NCBI GenBank assembly: GCA_964252035.1
Contig: OZ176208.1
Reading direction: 5' to 3' (one strand)
DNA: 64,000 nucleotides
Origin: Podarcis erhardii
Lineage: Eukaryota
Part shown: positions 24,694-38,004 of the stretch, piece after piece
Position numbering within the stretch: position 1 is the first letter of the stretch
Layout of the letters: every line of letters begins with the position of its first letter
Translations under genes and position numbers: made by a program
Notes under the pieces: model-generated
What the model was told of the DNA's origin: nothing
What the model saw: the letters and a program-made list of their open reading frames with translations, nothing else
Database searches by the model: none

Positions 24694-26303
24694 GTTTAGG
24701 GTGTGGGAATTGTATGGGATTGTTTAGAGCAGTTATGGTAAACATTGTGTTTTTGGTACAACAGCCACATTTACCCTTAGCCAGCCATCTGGGGGCCACA
24801 CAACAGAGGTGGTGCAGGCCACACACAACAAATTATCAATCTGATGACTAAGAATGGGACCATTTACCTGTACATCTCTATCAGGGCACTTGGGTGGCAG
24901 AGAGTTTAAAACTTTTTGCCATCAAATAGGTGATGTCTTGGTGTGTGGATGGGGGACCCTTGGTTGACAGCCTGTCTCTATGCTGATCTAAGATAGTCCT
25001 GTATTTTCAAATGTCCTCTTTAAAATATTAAAAATTGTAAATTTCCACATTCAGGGTTTTTTGTGGGGATTTTTAAAACATTTGTCTGCAGAAGTATTTT
25101 ACTGAAATGCTAGAACTATGCAGGTGCTTGTGTAGAATATATTTAAAAGTCCTTCTGTTTGCAATTAGTTTTTGTACATATATCCAAGGCCTTCCATGGG
25201 AGATTCACAAGGACATGTTGTGTGCCTGAAAATGATTGTTTTCTACCTTGTGTCCTTAGACAATCACTAAACACAGCATCTTTCGTATCCTTAGATGACA
25301 CTTAAAAGATTTTTAATTGTACCACATCTGATTAATTAATCCCTTCCTTCACATTAATGTTGTACCCAGGAACTTTGTGTTCATAAGTGAGCTATAAAAA
25401 ACATCTTACCTCCTTGCGCATTCAGTTTTTCCAGCTTGTTAATTAAAAAGTAATATAGCTTCGATTCATTCCATTCTTAAGAAATAAGAACTGGGAGCAT
25501 TATGATCACAATTATTAATGAACCTCCATTTGAAAATTGCTTTTTTATGATGTGCATGAAGAACAGAGAATAACAGTATAACAAATAGGTAAAACAAATG
25601 GCAAATGGAACGTTGCCAGATTTAGATTATGGTGATTAGAAATAGGGAAGATTATTGGTGAAGTAGCCAAAAGTACTTTAATATTTAATGTGGAAGTAAA
25701 ATGCTTTTGACGGATTCCCACTAATTAAGAATTTACAACCACTGTTAGTACAAATTGAGGTGCAGTGATGAGATAATACTTATCAGTTAGCAAAGAGATT
25801 GCACTGATTGTATGCAAGCAGTTGCCCATTCAGTTCAAAGAACACATCGCTTGAATGATTGCTCAGTTCTGCAAAGTTTTTTCATCCTGCTGGAATGACA
25901 AATGCTCACTATTCTGTTCTATTGATTTTCATTCTAATATATTGTGGAAGATCCTTGTTTTGGTACAACAGTAGGCAATCACTGCTAATTCTTTCCCTTC
26001 CATCCTGTTTGCATAGCAGTGCAATATTTGTCTCACAGTCCTCTGTGCTCCATGATATTTTGGATGTCTGCAAAAGAGGAAGGGCATTTTCAGATGGGTC
26101 TTCTGCTGTGGGTGTTTTCTGCAATGTGGCACTGACACACTGATAGTGAATTAAGAGGAGAATTTGCACTGAACTGTCTGCTGCATAATTTGTTTGGTGA
26201 TGTTTCCCCCAATAAGCCTGCATGTTTTGTCAGAGGAGGAGGAGGGGAAGGTGAGTTGTAACACTGAAGACATGCCCCCTCCCAGGGTAAGATGTATTAT
26301 TTA

Positions 26304-26666
26304 GATGATGGTGATGGTGATGGTGATATTTATACCCTACCCATCTGGCTGGGTTTCCCCAGCCACTCTGGGTGGCTCCCAACAGAACACTAAAACAGAA
26401 TAAAACTTCAAATATTAAAAACTTCCCTAAACAAGGCTGCCTTCAGAAGTCTTCTAAAAGTCAGTTGTTTATTTCCTTGACATCTGATGGGAGGGCGTTC
26501 CACGGGGCGGGTGCCACTACTGAGAAGGCCCTCTGCTTGGTTCCCTGTAACCTCACTTCTCACAGTGAGGGAACAGTCAGAAGGCCCTCAGCACTGGACC
26601 TCAGTGTCCGGGCTGAATGATGGGGATGGAGACACTCCTTCAGGTATATTGGGCCAAGGCTGTTTG
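26304..26666 (-). mobile_element. L2 LINE 3' fragment
   Basis: Minus strand encodes RAFSVVAPAPWNALPSDVKE-like C-terminus (from GAGAAGGCCCTCT..GGAACGCCCTCCC); typical 3' UTR and simple-repeat tail. Confidence 0.85.
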
Positions 26667-27040
26667 TGAGGTCTTCCTGCCTCAATTCCATCACCCGCCT
26701 GAAAGGAATGATTGGGACCCTGCATCAGAGTGTCTTTCTCCACCACCCCTGTAAATTGTTAGCATGCGCAGCTGCAAAAGTAATTCACACAATTACTGCC
26801 CTCTTTTTTTCAAGGTGGAAGGTAGTTGCGCTATGATGTCATGCCTGTGCCCACAGAGTGGAAGCCACAGAATGGCTCCCAGGCAAGACTGGAGAAGATA
26901 GGAAGGCGGTACAACAAATGGACAGGTGGAGAAAAGCAAATCCATACAAATCAGAGGGTGAAAGCAGAGAAGGGAAGCAAGCAAACAACAATGAGCCAGT
27001 AGTCATGGACCAGATAGATGGAAAAGCAGGCAATGGCAAG

Positions 27041-27309
27041 TGTTAAGTTGTGGGTGAACATATCAGATGACAAAGCAATTCTTCAAACAGCTCTTGTTTA
27101 TTCACAGGCCAGAACAGAACTGAACTGAAGAGTTCAGCCAGCCTGCTTATATAGAGCTCCACTACAACGCAACGCAACAGTAACCACTTTCTGTAACTAT
27201 CCAATCACTGAACGTCACTTTCAATCCCTTATTTGCATATGTGGACCTGAGTGAAAACTATCTACAGTATTCCCCTGTTGGCCCAGGGTGAGAACTTCAG
27301 TACATAACA
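27041..27309 (-). mobile_element. Solo LTR, 269 bp (probably Gypsy-class)
   Basis: TG...CA ends (TGTTA...TAACA); TATATAAG and AATAAA in U3-R order on minus; 5-bp flanks GCAAG/GGAAG (4/5 match). Confidence 0.8.
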
Positions 27310-28384
27310 GGAAGAGCCAGCTGAGAGCCTGCATGTGCATGCACACACCTCCTGCTGCCCCCCTTTTCTTTGCAAAAACCCAGCAAAACCCCACAAAAAA
27401 CAGCCCCACAGGAATGCTCACAAGCAACATCAATAGAAAGTACGTCACATAGAGGCAAAGTTAATTTGGCACATTCCCAGGGCACCATAGTACAAACAAG
27501 TAGGACCAAAATGAAATCAGAATATTTGTGAGAGAGAGGACTGCCATCTGCAGAGTACCATACATGACCAACTTTCATATCAAAGAAAGCATTTTGTTAC
27601 CATTCTCAACTAAATAGCGAGACTGCCCAAGAATTACTTCATAACTAATTTAGATTATTTATTACCATTGATAACACATAAGAGAGGGAAGGAAGCCTGT
27701 TTTTAGACCTAAGAAGCAAGCTGAGTCTAGCAATGTCATTGGGAAAACTATCTTTCTACACAATCAGCTGAACACATTTTGACAAAGAGATCAATGTGAA
27801 ATAAGGAACGTTTTGATGTTTTTATATTTTACGCTCTGTAGATTAGAAAGTCAATTTATACTGCCAAAGTACTGACCTGGCCTTCATGCTTCTCTGGGAC
27901 CTTTCACAAGGTCTCTAAAAGCCCTCATTGGCATGAACTGAGTTGATCTAGCATTCAGCAAAGATATAAAAGCTGCTTTATACGGAATCATACAAAAAAC
28001 TTCCTCAGTCCCAGTACTGTAGCCGTGACTCTCCAGGAGCCTTAAGAACTCATTTGCAATGCTGCCACCTAAGCAACTATAATGATTTATAACAAAAATT
28101 TTTTTTAAAAAAAACTGTCTTTAATTGCCCCATTATTGGTTGCATCATGGGAGTAAAGTGCTCAGTCTATGCAGTTTTATTATAACCTATTTTCTAGTAA
28201 AATATCCCAAACAGCTTACGTATAGAGAATAAACTACACTCAACAACAAAATTATAAGATGCACAAACTTTCTTGCTATGGGCAAGGACTATTTGTTAAT
28301 TAGCCAATCAGAGATAGACAATCTTTTTACGAAAGTGTGCAAGCAAGCAATCTAGGCAATCTCTTGTATGAAACAGAGGTACAA

Positions 28385-28495
28385 TGTTGTTGTAGCTCAG
28401 TATACTGCAACTAACTGACATGCGGAAGTTCCAGTGCCAATTTCTGACATCTCTAGGTAAGGAATGTCACTTGTCTGAAACTCTGACAAGTTAGG
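28385..28495 (+). mobile_element. Decayed Squam3-like tRNA SINE
   Basis: GTAGCTCAGTA...GACATCTCTAGGTAAG..GTCTGAAACTCTG aligns loosely with 35068-35252. Confidence 0.4.
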
Positions 28496-30589
28496 CCATC
28501 CTTTAAACAATGCAGATTGATTTTTTCCTCACAGGGGTAAAATTCAGCTGGTGGTGCCTCACAGGTGAAATGGGAAGGTCCAGAGGCACCCCAAGGCTGC
28601 TGTAAGCATGTGTGTTGCCTTGACCCTGCAGTTCAGGGGGGCCAGGGCCGTGCACTGTCAGCACACCCAACGGCATGTGTGTACAGCTGCTGTGAAATTG
28701 GGGGGAGGCCTTTCATTGAAAATATCAGGGGCTGGCCCCCTGCTCCCCCTTCGGCATCCATGGCTCTAAGTTCTGCACAATGTTGACTCTCACAGTCTTT
28801 AAGGTATCTGAAAAGTCTTTGCTGTTTTAAAATAAAGCTAGGAACTGTCAGGGTCAAAGCAAAGCAAATGCCCCATAGATCTTCCCAGGTAGTTCAATAT
28901 TACAGATGAATCTAATGAGCTTCCTCTTTATCTTGCTAGCCTCTGAGCTCTGTGTTGTCCTTTTAACAACTAAAACATTCACAAATTTCACTCCACTCTG
29001 GTCAATGGAATTGGCAGTTTATGTTTATTTAAGGGTTAGCTAATCAATGATCAGCTTCCTTGAGTTTATCAGCTTTTGTGGTGAAGAACACATGCACAGC
29101 TCACGTTCTTTTATTAATGTGAAGGACTGTATCTGCAGCACCAGCTGAATTTTACCCGTGTGAGGGAAAAAACCAATCTGCATTGTTTAAAGGGTGGTCT
29201 AACTTTCCAAAGGATGTCTAACTTTCCAACAAGAGCTATATACAGTTGTATAATGAAAGAGGGGAGAAGATGTTTATAGAGAGATGTTGTTGGCATCTGT
29301 CTGTCAGAGGCAGGTGATCTATAAATGCACCACAACAACCTTGGCACAAAGCTTTGCTTAAAATATGTGTCAATAGGAAACAGAGCCATCTAGCTTCTAC
29401 ATTAGTCAATTCATCTCAAACCGCAGTACTTCATTCTCTCACTTTCTGTAGAAAATCCAGACAAAGTTATTTACCGGTCTGCTGGATTCCAGTGTCTTTT
29501 GTGTTCTTGTTGTTTTTTTCTGACCTGATTTGGGCAGTGATTGGATAAATAGTCTAAGGGAGGGTAGCTCGAAAAGCAAACTCACCTCACCCCACTCAAA
29601 TAGGCTGGCCCCATTTGGTGGTTGATTCAGTCTCCCTCAAACTGGGCCTGACCCAAAATAGGCCTCATATCCCATCTCTCTCACACACACCATCTCAAAA
29701 ACCTCCAAAAAGAATCCCACTAAAAATAAAGGCTTTATAAGATACTAAGGACATATTCCTTTTTAAGCAAGCAGTTCAATTTCAAGAGGGTTGTAGAAAG
29801 TTTTTGCTTTGTGCTTAGTTAACCACTCTGCTGAAGTGTTTTGAGTTTTATTGCACTTTGGAATTCAGTACCTCTCCCATCTCTCTATAGGTTATATTCC
29901 ATTCCAGAAAAATAGAAATGTATTCTGGTGCTGAACTGTACTCCATTGTAACTCTAAAGAACAAACCACAACTGTCTGGGTCTTAAGAGAGCTAGCAGCC
30001 ATCTTACTGCTTTGCTACATTAAAAATGTACGGTCCACAAAGCTGGATGAGGGGAGAAGGATGAATAAAGCACACTTGTGGTGGTTTTTTTCCACTTCAA
30101 GTCTGCAGCTTCTGTGCTAATGTTGAGCCTTAATGTGTTTAGACAGTTATTTTATAGGAATGTTCAGAAGCAACAAATATATTTCATGCTTTTGTGGCAT
30201 TACAGTAGTATTTTTTCTTCTTTTGTTAATGTAATGAAATGTACACCCACGCTGAGCATACATAAAAAGCATGTAACTGAGGATATAGAAAAAGGACATG
30301 CCACTTAGACAGTCTGTCCTGCCATTAGTTAGGGGCTTATTTGTTTGTTGTTGTTTTTACAAAATTTGGACCCAAAAAGGCTGCTGTGTGAGTTGATTTT
30401 CCAAATGGCAAGCTGCCATGGAAGTCCCAAAATTGCAGTTTTTATCATCACAGCATTGCAGGGGCTGAAAAACTTGCACTTCTCTCCTACAGCCTATCTC
30501 AAAATAGGGGCATACACTAAAGTTCTGTTCCTTCCACTGACCATTCTCAATCAATTAATGAGAAAAGAAATTGCATTCAAAAATGGTCA

Positions 30590-30650
30590 TTGTTGTTGTC
30601 GTTTAGTCGTGTCCAACTCTTCGTGACCCCATGGACCAGAGCACGCCAGG
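30590..30650 (-). mobile_element. BovB (RTE) extreme 3' fragment
   Basis: Reverse complement is nearly identical to the 3' end of 62216-62322; flanked by GGTCAT direct repeats. Confidence 0.8.
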
Positions 30651-30751
30651 TCATGGCGGCGGGGAGGAAATGCTGGTTAAATTATCATGGATGGGCTCTG
30701 GGGTTTTTTGATGAGCTTACCTTACTTTCAAGGCACCCAAGGGGTTTTGTG

Positions 30752-30900
30752 ACATTTTAAAGCACCCCCGCCACCCCAAAGAATTCGGAAAACTGTAGTT
30801 CATTAAGGGTTGCTGTGAATTGTAACTGTGTGGGGCAAACAACAGTGTCCAGAATTATTTGAGGGGGGAAATGTGCTTCAAATGAGGTATAGTGTGCACA
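30752..30900. mobile_element. Decayed palindromic MITE (Harbinger-like, tentative)
   Basis: Inverted internal arms TTTAAAGCAC..GAATTCGGAAAACTGTAG / CAACAGTGTCCAGAATT..GTGCTTCAAA; no TSD seen. Confidence 0.35.
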
Positions 30901-32705
30901 TTGCCTCTCTTTTATGCAAACCGCCTCATGTAGTCTGAGTTCTGTTGCCTTTCCAGTTACCTGCATTTTCTGAAAATCCCATGCCATCCTTTTAAGTGTG
31001 AGGAGCTGGAGAGGCTGTTTACTGGGCTCCTGAAAGCTGTCCATTTTTAGCAAGTGTGTTTACTTTTAAAGAAATCCGGAGTATGCCAGTATCAAGTTGG
31101 CTAATTGTTCTCCCTTCAAAACCTCAATGCTGTTCCCCAACACCACTCTTCCCATTTGAATGACTGAATCTTGAATTTTTCAGGAAAATGTCGCCATCCC
31201 AATTATTATCCTTTTGACTCATTTTCTCCGCATGTTTGAGATTCATCCCACCTCTCTCACTTTCATTGTATCCCTAGTAATTGAATGTATCTACTGGCTT
31301 CCAACCAAAGAGTCAGCATAAATTGTTACAAGGGCAACCAGCTTATACCATTGACTGGATAAAACATCCAGAGAGATTTTCAGCTCGAAACAAAGAATAC
31401 ACTGCTATAGTCATTAAGGTGCTTCAAAGAGCCACCAGATTAAGAGCATCCCCACTGGTGTCACCATTGTCCTCTGAGAGATTTGATTCCACTGCTTATA
31501 AACAGTCCAATAATAGAAGGATAATGGCCAAATACAATTTCATGGTACGCTCATTGTGGCACGATCTCGTTGGACATGGATCACATTAAATTGCCACCAG
31601 CATGAAGCATAATACATGGTCTCATGAATAGTGATAGCTGGGAGCTCTTTGATTTGGCCATTCGAAAGCAGTCTGGCTTTGGCCAAAAGGGCTAGGTAAA
31701 CATAACCTAGGTATATGTTGAATCTAAGAAGACACATTATGAAGGAACAGATGGAGTAGCAGCAGCAGCCCCACCAGAAAAAAATATATATTGTGGGGGG
31801 AGCATAAAAGAAGGTGGATCTTGGGAGGGAGGGACCAATCTGTGCCCTACGTCTTTGATTTCTGGAAGAGAAATGGTTTCTTTCACACAATTTCCCCATC
31901 CCATTACAGACTTGCTGTGATTACTATCGATTAGTAGCAATGTGTGTGTGGTTGTGCAGAAGCATGGAGCCACCCTTCCAACACGGACATTGCTGCTGCT
32001 TACCTAGATCGAGTCAGGTGCAAGGGCAAGGCTGTTGGCTCTGTGACTCTGCTCCACCACAAGGAGCCATTACTGCTATAGTTTTTGATTGAGTTAACTC
32101 TCAGGAAAGTATGCTTTGGATTGTACCCTTATTTTAATTTCTTGTTTATTGCACAGTTGTAATTTGCATGTAAAAGTGCATCTGCTTCAAATAACCGCAT
32201 CCTTCTGATGCTTCATGTGAAGGTAGTCTTGGCAGAGGTGACAGAACAGAGTCTGTGGGACATGTTGCTTGTGAAGCAGTTGTGCTTACATTGAAGTGAG
32301 AAGGAGGTTTTGCTTCACAGTAGTGCCCAGGGAACACCTAATCTGGAAAGTGGGTGAAAGCTCAAACAGATATAGGGTTTGTCCATATCTGAGCATTCTT
32401 TACCTGTTAATCCACTTATTCCCCATTTGAGTCAGATCAGAGTAGTCCACACCAGGCTTTATTTGCATTTGTATATGAAGAACAACTTTGGTCTTTTCTG
32501 TTCACACCAGTTGGCGTTGCCTTTGGTCTTTATCCCATTTTATAGTTTGTTGATTCTATTAGGCTGATTAAGTACTGACTGGGCACACACTCCAACAGCT
32601 GTGCCACCCAAGAAGTGTGCAAAAGCACTTAAGTCAGGCAATTGTAAATTCTCAGCAGACACTTTTTCAGTTTTCTGATTTTGTGCAAATCTAAGGGATC
32701 AAAAG

Positions 32706-32706
<1 letters not shown>

Positions 32707-32741
<35 letters not shown>
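32707..32741. repeat. (AC)n microsatellite
   Basis: Direct read. Confidence 0.98.
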
Positions 32742-32742
<1 letters not shown>

Positions 32743-34375
32743 TCAGGAGGAGGGCACCGGAGGTTAAGAGCACAGTCAGAAAAGATGAACACAGTTGTAA
32801 ATTCTCATCACACACTTTTCAGATTGCTGCCAATATCTGGTGTAGAATTTTTCAGTGTGGTTTGCTTGCACTGTTTTCTGGTTTGTGCAAATCTGAGGGA
32901 TCATAAGAAATAAGTATCTCCATCCAGGAGCACACCAGAAATCCAGGAGCACACCATCCAGGAGCACACCAGAAACAAACACAACTGTAAAAGAAATGAA
33001 ACCACTGAAGAAGTAGCAGGGATGAAAGGGGGAATAACAGAGAGTAACAACTGAACCCACCCCCAAACACCAAAGCAAATTGTGACCCTGAGTAGAGCAG
33101 TTTGGAGCCTGATTTCCCCCCAACTTATCAGATTCTCCTTGCATTGGGTAAACCCAAATTTACAAGGTGTTTGAGGGTAATGTCATGTGTACTACATAAA
33201 TTAAACGGGAACATGAACAGTGGCAAGCGCACAGTAAATTATGGCTTGGAGAAGCCCCTTGGTGAGGTAGTGCTCTGTGCCTGACCCAAAGGCCCAGATG
33301 AGGAGACTGAGCAGTGTTTAAAATTACTTATTACTTTCAATGAAAGGCCAACTTCCTCTCTGCTTATGTTTTCCCTAGTATTTGCGTGCCTGTACTACAG
33401 CAGACCTTCGTTCAAGACCCCAAGGCCCTGACAAGGAGACTGAACAGCCTTTAAAATTACTTGTTTCTTTCCATGAAAGGCTAGCCTCCTCTCTGGTTGT
33501 GTTTCACCTAGTATTTCAACAAAAATCATTAGCATTTTATGTTCTATTTTCCAGTAATTTGTGGGAAAAGCAGGAAGGATGCCACCTTTGGGAGTCTAGA
33601 AGCCAAAATGTTTGACCTGAGAAGGTTGCAGTGACTGCTCTGGTCTTATTCGTCTTCTGCTTTTCCCAGTGAATCCTATGAATAATAAATAGAGTTTCGC
33701 AGCAGGAGGTCTTTGGAGGTGCTTTACATGGCAAAAGAACGTAACAGCACAGCAGAGCTCGACTCTGAAAGCTAATAAATCAAGCAAGAGTCTATGCGGT
33801 AAAATTGCAACACAAGCACAACTTGTAAACAAAGAAGAAATCATTGCATTTCCCTTTGTTTTATTCTGTGCATACTTTATGCTGGCAAAAATACATCGTT
33901 AGTACCCTTTTATGAAATACACTCCTTTTTTAAAGACTGGGGGCAGGTGTTTTCAGCTTGCATGTGTATTAAAAATCCAGGTACTTTTTATGGTAAAATA
34001 TTTTTTATTATGAGGGTTGCAATTGTAAACATGCACAGTAAAGAAATTCACTGCATTCAGCAGTACTTACTTCTGAGTAAACATATTTGGGATCAGGCTT
34101 CTTGACATGATTTCATCATTTATATTTTCACAAAGGTAAACCTTTAGCTGAAACAGAAACTGCTTGGGTCCTTTTTTATGAGACTTTTAAAAGCCCAGAT
34201 CACCACACAAAAATAAGAACCAAAGGGATTCTTTACCTGCTTGTAGGCCCTTTGAAACTTATTGAATCCTTCCCTATTTTCAGCCTCTGAGTGCCATTGC
34301 TTATGTAGCCAAAACAACAACACTCTTGCACAGGGGAGAGGTTCCAGCAGGTTTGCAGAAGTTCTGAAAAATCTA

Positions 34376-34601
34376 CAGTGGTACCTCGGGTTAAGAACTT
34401 AATTTGTTCTGGAGGTCCGTTCTTAACCTGAAACTGTTCTTAACCTGAGGTACCACTTTAGCTAATGGAGCCTCCCGCTGCTGCGCCGCTGCTGCTGTGT
34501 GATTTATATTCTCATCCTGAAGCAAAGTTCTTAACCCAAGGTACTATTTCTGGGTTAGCGGAGTCTGTAACCTGAAGCACCTGTAACCCGAGGTACCACT
34601 G
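34376..34601. mobile_element. Tc1/mariner (Tigger-like) MITE, same family as 9421
   Basis: TIRs CAGTGGTACCTCGGGTTA; TA TSD on both sides. Confidence 0.92.
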
Positions 34602-35067
34602 TATAGGAAAACCCCTAGAGGGCATGAGGCCTGATTATTCCATTGAGTATGTGGGGGGGGGGACCAGAATTGAATGAAGCAGCTAGAATCCTGATCAGAG
34701 AGCACTGCATATTGTAACATTTTGTTGCGGCTACCATTTGCAAAAGCCTCAAACCTGCCCGAAAGCTTTCAGTGCAACACACATGTCTTTGAAGAATCAT
34801 TGCCAAGAGCAATGCCAAGATTTCATGTAAAGTATTGCTGCTTTTGCCGGTGGAGAGCTTTCTGTACCTGACAGTTCTGATCAGAATCAAATCTGCACAT
34901 TATTGATTCGCAAACCAAATGCCAACATATTCTGAAGCATTCTAAATCTTTGCAAGCGTGTGTGTAAAAAAGAAACAGAGAATAATGGTTCCGTAGTGAA
35001 ATTGTTCATACTCTGGAATTCTGACTCCAGCTTTATGAGTTCCAGTGTTGATGGAAACTTATTAAAT

Positions 35068-35252
35068 GGGGAGGACCAAAGCTCAGTGGTAGAGTATTTC
35101 TCCTGTGTGCAGAAGGTTTGGGGTTCAATTCCAGACATCTCCAGGTAGGGCTGAAAAGGGCTACTGCTTGAAACCTTAGAGACCTGCTGCCAGTCTGTGT
35201 AGGCAATACTGAGCTCAATGGACAAATGGCAGAAGGCAGCTTCCTATGTTCC
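35068..35252 (+). mobile_element. tRNA-derived SINE (Squam3-like), full length
   Basis: A-box AGCTCAGTGGTAGAG, B-box GGTTCAATTCC, non-tRNA body ending GGCAGCTTCCTATGTTCC. Confidence 0.8.
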
Positions 35253-36019
35253 AATAATCAAAACAATGGCTTGATCCTTGGAGATGCAGTGCACTGCTGG
35301 TCCTCCAGTCAAGAAGCCTGATCCCAAATATGTTTACTCAGAAGTAAGTACTGCTGAGTTCAGCTCCATTGCCTATGTACCAGCATAGCAGAAAGTGGCA
35401 ATTTCCACCATCCCTGATACAGATTGCATGTGTGGTGCCAAGTGCACAATTATCTATCATAAGCCTACACAACCTGTGATCCTCAGTCCACGTATTGCAG
35501 CGCAAAAGTCTTGCTCTGAAGACTGCCAGATGCTGGAAGAACTCACCAGGCTTCACAAACTAGGGATTTATCAAGCAGGTGGTGAGTTGTTGTGCAGCAA
35601 ATGGCTGGTGTGTCATGGCCTGCGGACCAAATGTTTAATAGGCCTGACAATTTCTTCTAGAAGTTCAGCGGGCCCTTAGGATGCTATGCAGTGATACACT
35701 GTACAATCCTTTCCTTGATTAGTATGGCGATGTATAATAAATCCACTCAGATGTCATTTTGGCTGCCATGATGCAAATTGCTATTGTTAACATCATACAG
35801 TGGATTTGCATAACATATAAGCAGCATGATGGGCAAGTCCCACTTGTCTTCCATAGAATGCTACACTGGTAAAATGAGCATATGATAATAGGAGTACGTA
35901 AAGTACAAAATGACTGGGGTGTTTGTTGACTGAGAAAAACTCACAGCCCACTCTTCATCATCATTGCCAAGTTGGTGAAAGATATAGCCTACAGAGAGTA
36001 TCATGGACTAGGGAGATAA

Positions 36020-36433
36020 AGGGAAGTACTATTCCTGCTCTATTCTGCCTGGGCCCCACAATTTAAGGAGGATAATGACAGGCTGGAACATGTGCAGGTG
36101 AGGGCAACCAAGATGATCAAGGGTCTGCAAACCAAGTCTTATGAAGAAAGGTTGAGAGAGTTGGGGATGTTTTAGCCTGGTAAAGAGGAGTCTGAAAGGA
36201 TATATGAGAGTCATCTTCAAACATCTAAAGGGCTGTCACGTGGAGAATGGAGCAAGCTTATCTTCTCCTGCTCCAGAGGCTAGGACCGTTTGCTGGTGCA
36301 ACAGACTCCCAGAAGAGGTGGTGGACTCTTCTTCCTTGGAAGTTTTTAAGCGGAGGTTGGATGGCCACCTGTCGTGTATGATCTAGTTGAGATTCCTGCA
36401 TTGCAGGCGGTCGGAACAGATGACCCATGGGGT
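36020..36433 (+). mobile_element. CR1 LINE 3' fragment with internal deletions
   Basis: ORF2 C-terminus [55 protein letters not shown], then 3' UTR ATTCCTGCATTGCAGG..AGATGACCC. Confidence 0.85.
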
Positions 36434-37655
36434 AAAGTTCCTAAATGATGTCATAGATAACCAATAGCTGGCTAATGCACAGCCTCATTAAAGGAAGTCC
36501 TGGGAAAACATGTGGGTCCAGCCAGTGCCCTCAGCAACTATACATAGCCATCTGACTACTACACAAATGTGATAAGCATGAAAACAAGCACTTTCTTAAT
36601 TGGAGATGTCCACATGTGATTGATAAATCTGCACTTGCTGCACCTTGAAGTGTGTTCATATGGAACAATGTCTTCTTACATGCGGTCATGCATTTTTAAA
36701 GACATCACCAGAGAAAACAGCAAGAAAGGTGACCAACAACAGAGAGGTTTATTTGGAGTCATTTTCCCCCTAATTATTTTGGGAACAACAACCAAGCTAA
36801 TTTGTAGAATGTTGGATCTGAGCCTAAATACCCGACATGATTAATTACATGTGCTGAGATATGACTACTACTAAATGAGAAGTTTCAAAAGGTGAGGCGA
36901 ATCCTATGCTCGGCACTGGAAAAATCCCTTTTTAAATGCTTTTTTTTCTTCCTCCCCCATATAAAGACCGAGAAGTTCTAAATTAATTAAAATAAGAATG
37001 GAAACTTGCATTTGGCAGAAAGCCCGAAAGCTAGCAACCACTAAACATTCAAAATGGGAAACGATATAATGACTCTAGTTCCATGTTACTTGCTATCTAC
37101 TTATTACCATTAAGCTATAACCCAAATGGAATGAATTAAAAGGCAAAGATGAGCACATAAGGCATTACAAGATTACAAGAAGAAAATGAAGGACTTAAAT
37201 TATGAGCATGTCAAAAATATAACATATGGAGGTTCCTGCAGTATCAGAGCGCACAAGACAATCCTTTTATTTAATGGATTCCCCTCCTCTCTCTAATTAC
37301 TGCAGTGCCTGGTTTTGCATAGAACCTATTGCCATGGTGTGCATTTGTCATTCCTATGGACTTCCCTCCTCTATTCCAGGCAGTAGCTTAGCTTTAAAAA
37401 CAGTTCTATTTGAATCTGTGCTAAATCTTCTAAGATTCATGCCTTAAGTGCCTTTTATAACTGAGAGTGGGGATCAGCTAGGTCAAGTCCATGCAATATA
37501 TTCCTAACACTATTCCTTTTGCAAAGACAGTGGGCATTTTTATAGAGGAAGAAACTTCTGCACTAGTACACGTTATCAGTTTAAAGTCAAGAGTCTGCGT
37601 AAGCAACCACAATTGCACTGACCAGGTCAGTGCATGCCACATAACTCCTGGTTTC

Positions 37656-37994
37656 TGTCGCGTATTCCACGCGGCGCTTTCAGCAGAGACGCTAAGAGTT
37701 CCAGGTTTTCCAGTGCAGTCTTTTTAATGTGAGTTATATACAGGCATTTACAAAAGAAACAGTCCATACAGAGTACTTACAAACGAATACTCTCCACCAC
37801 AGCACCACCACACTACAGCACAACCACCACAGCAACCACCACCCACTGTTAAACAGGCTTTCCTTTTTAAAACAGGTGATAGCCGATCCCACTAATCACA
37901 CTCCTGCTGAGTCACTCTGACTCAGCACTTCACAGAGTATTGCATCATCCTGTTGAAGCCTGCAGACTTATTCAGTATCCTGCAAATCCCAACA
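37656..37994 (-). repeat. Copia 3' LTR
   Basis: Identical to 42080-42418 except C/T at 37816/42240 and 37884/42308. Confidence 0.98.
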
Positions 37995-38004
37995 CTCCTC
38001 CTTA
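37995..38004 (-). promoter_or_regulatory. Polypurine tract
   Basis: TAAGGAGGAG immediately upstream of the 3' LTR TG on the element strand. Confidence 0.85.

Noticed and set aside
35068-35140. tRNA gene candidates (also 18745, 42730, 44851, 42049)
   Set aside because: They are SINE heads or a PBS; none has a complete cloverleaf with paired acceptor stem and terminator.
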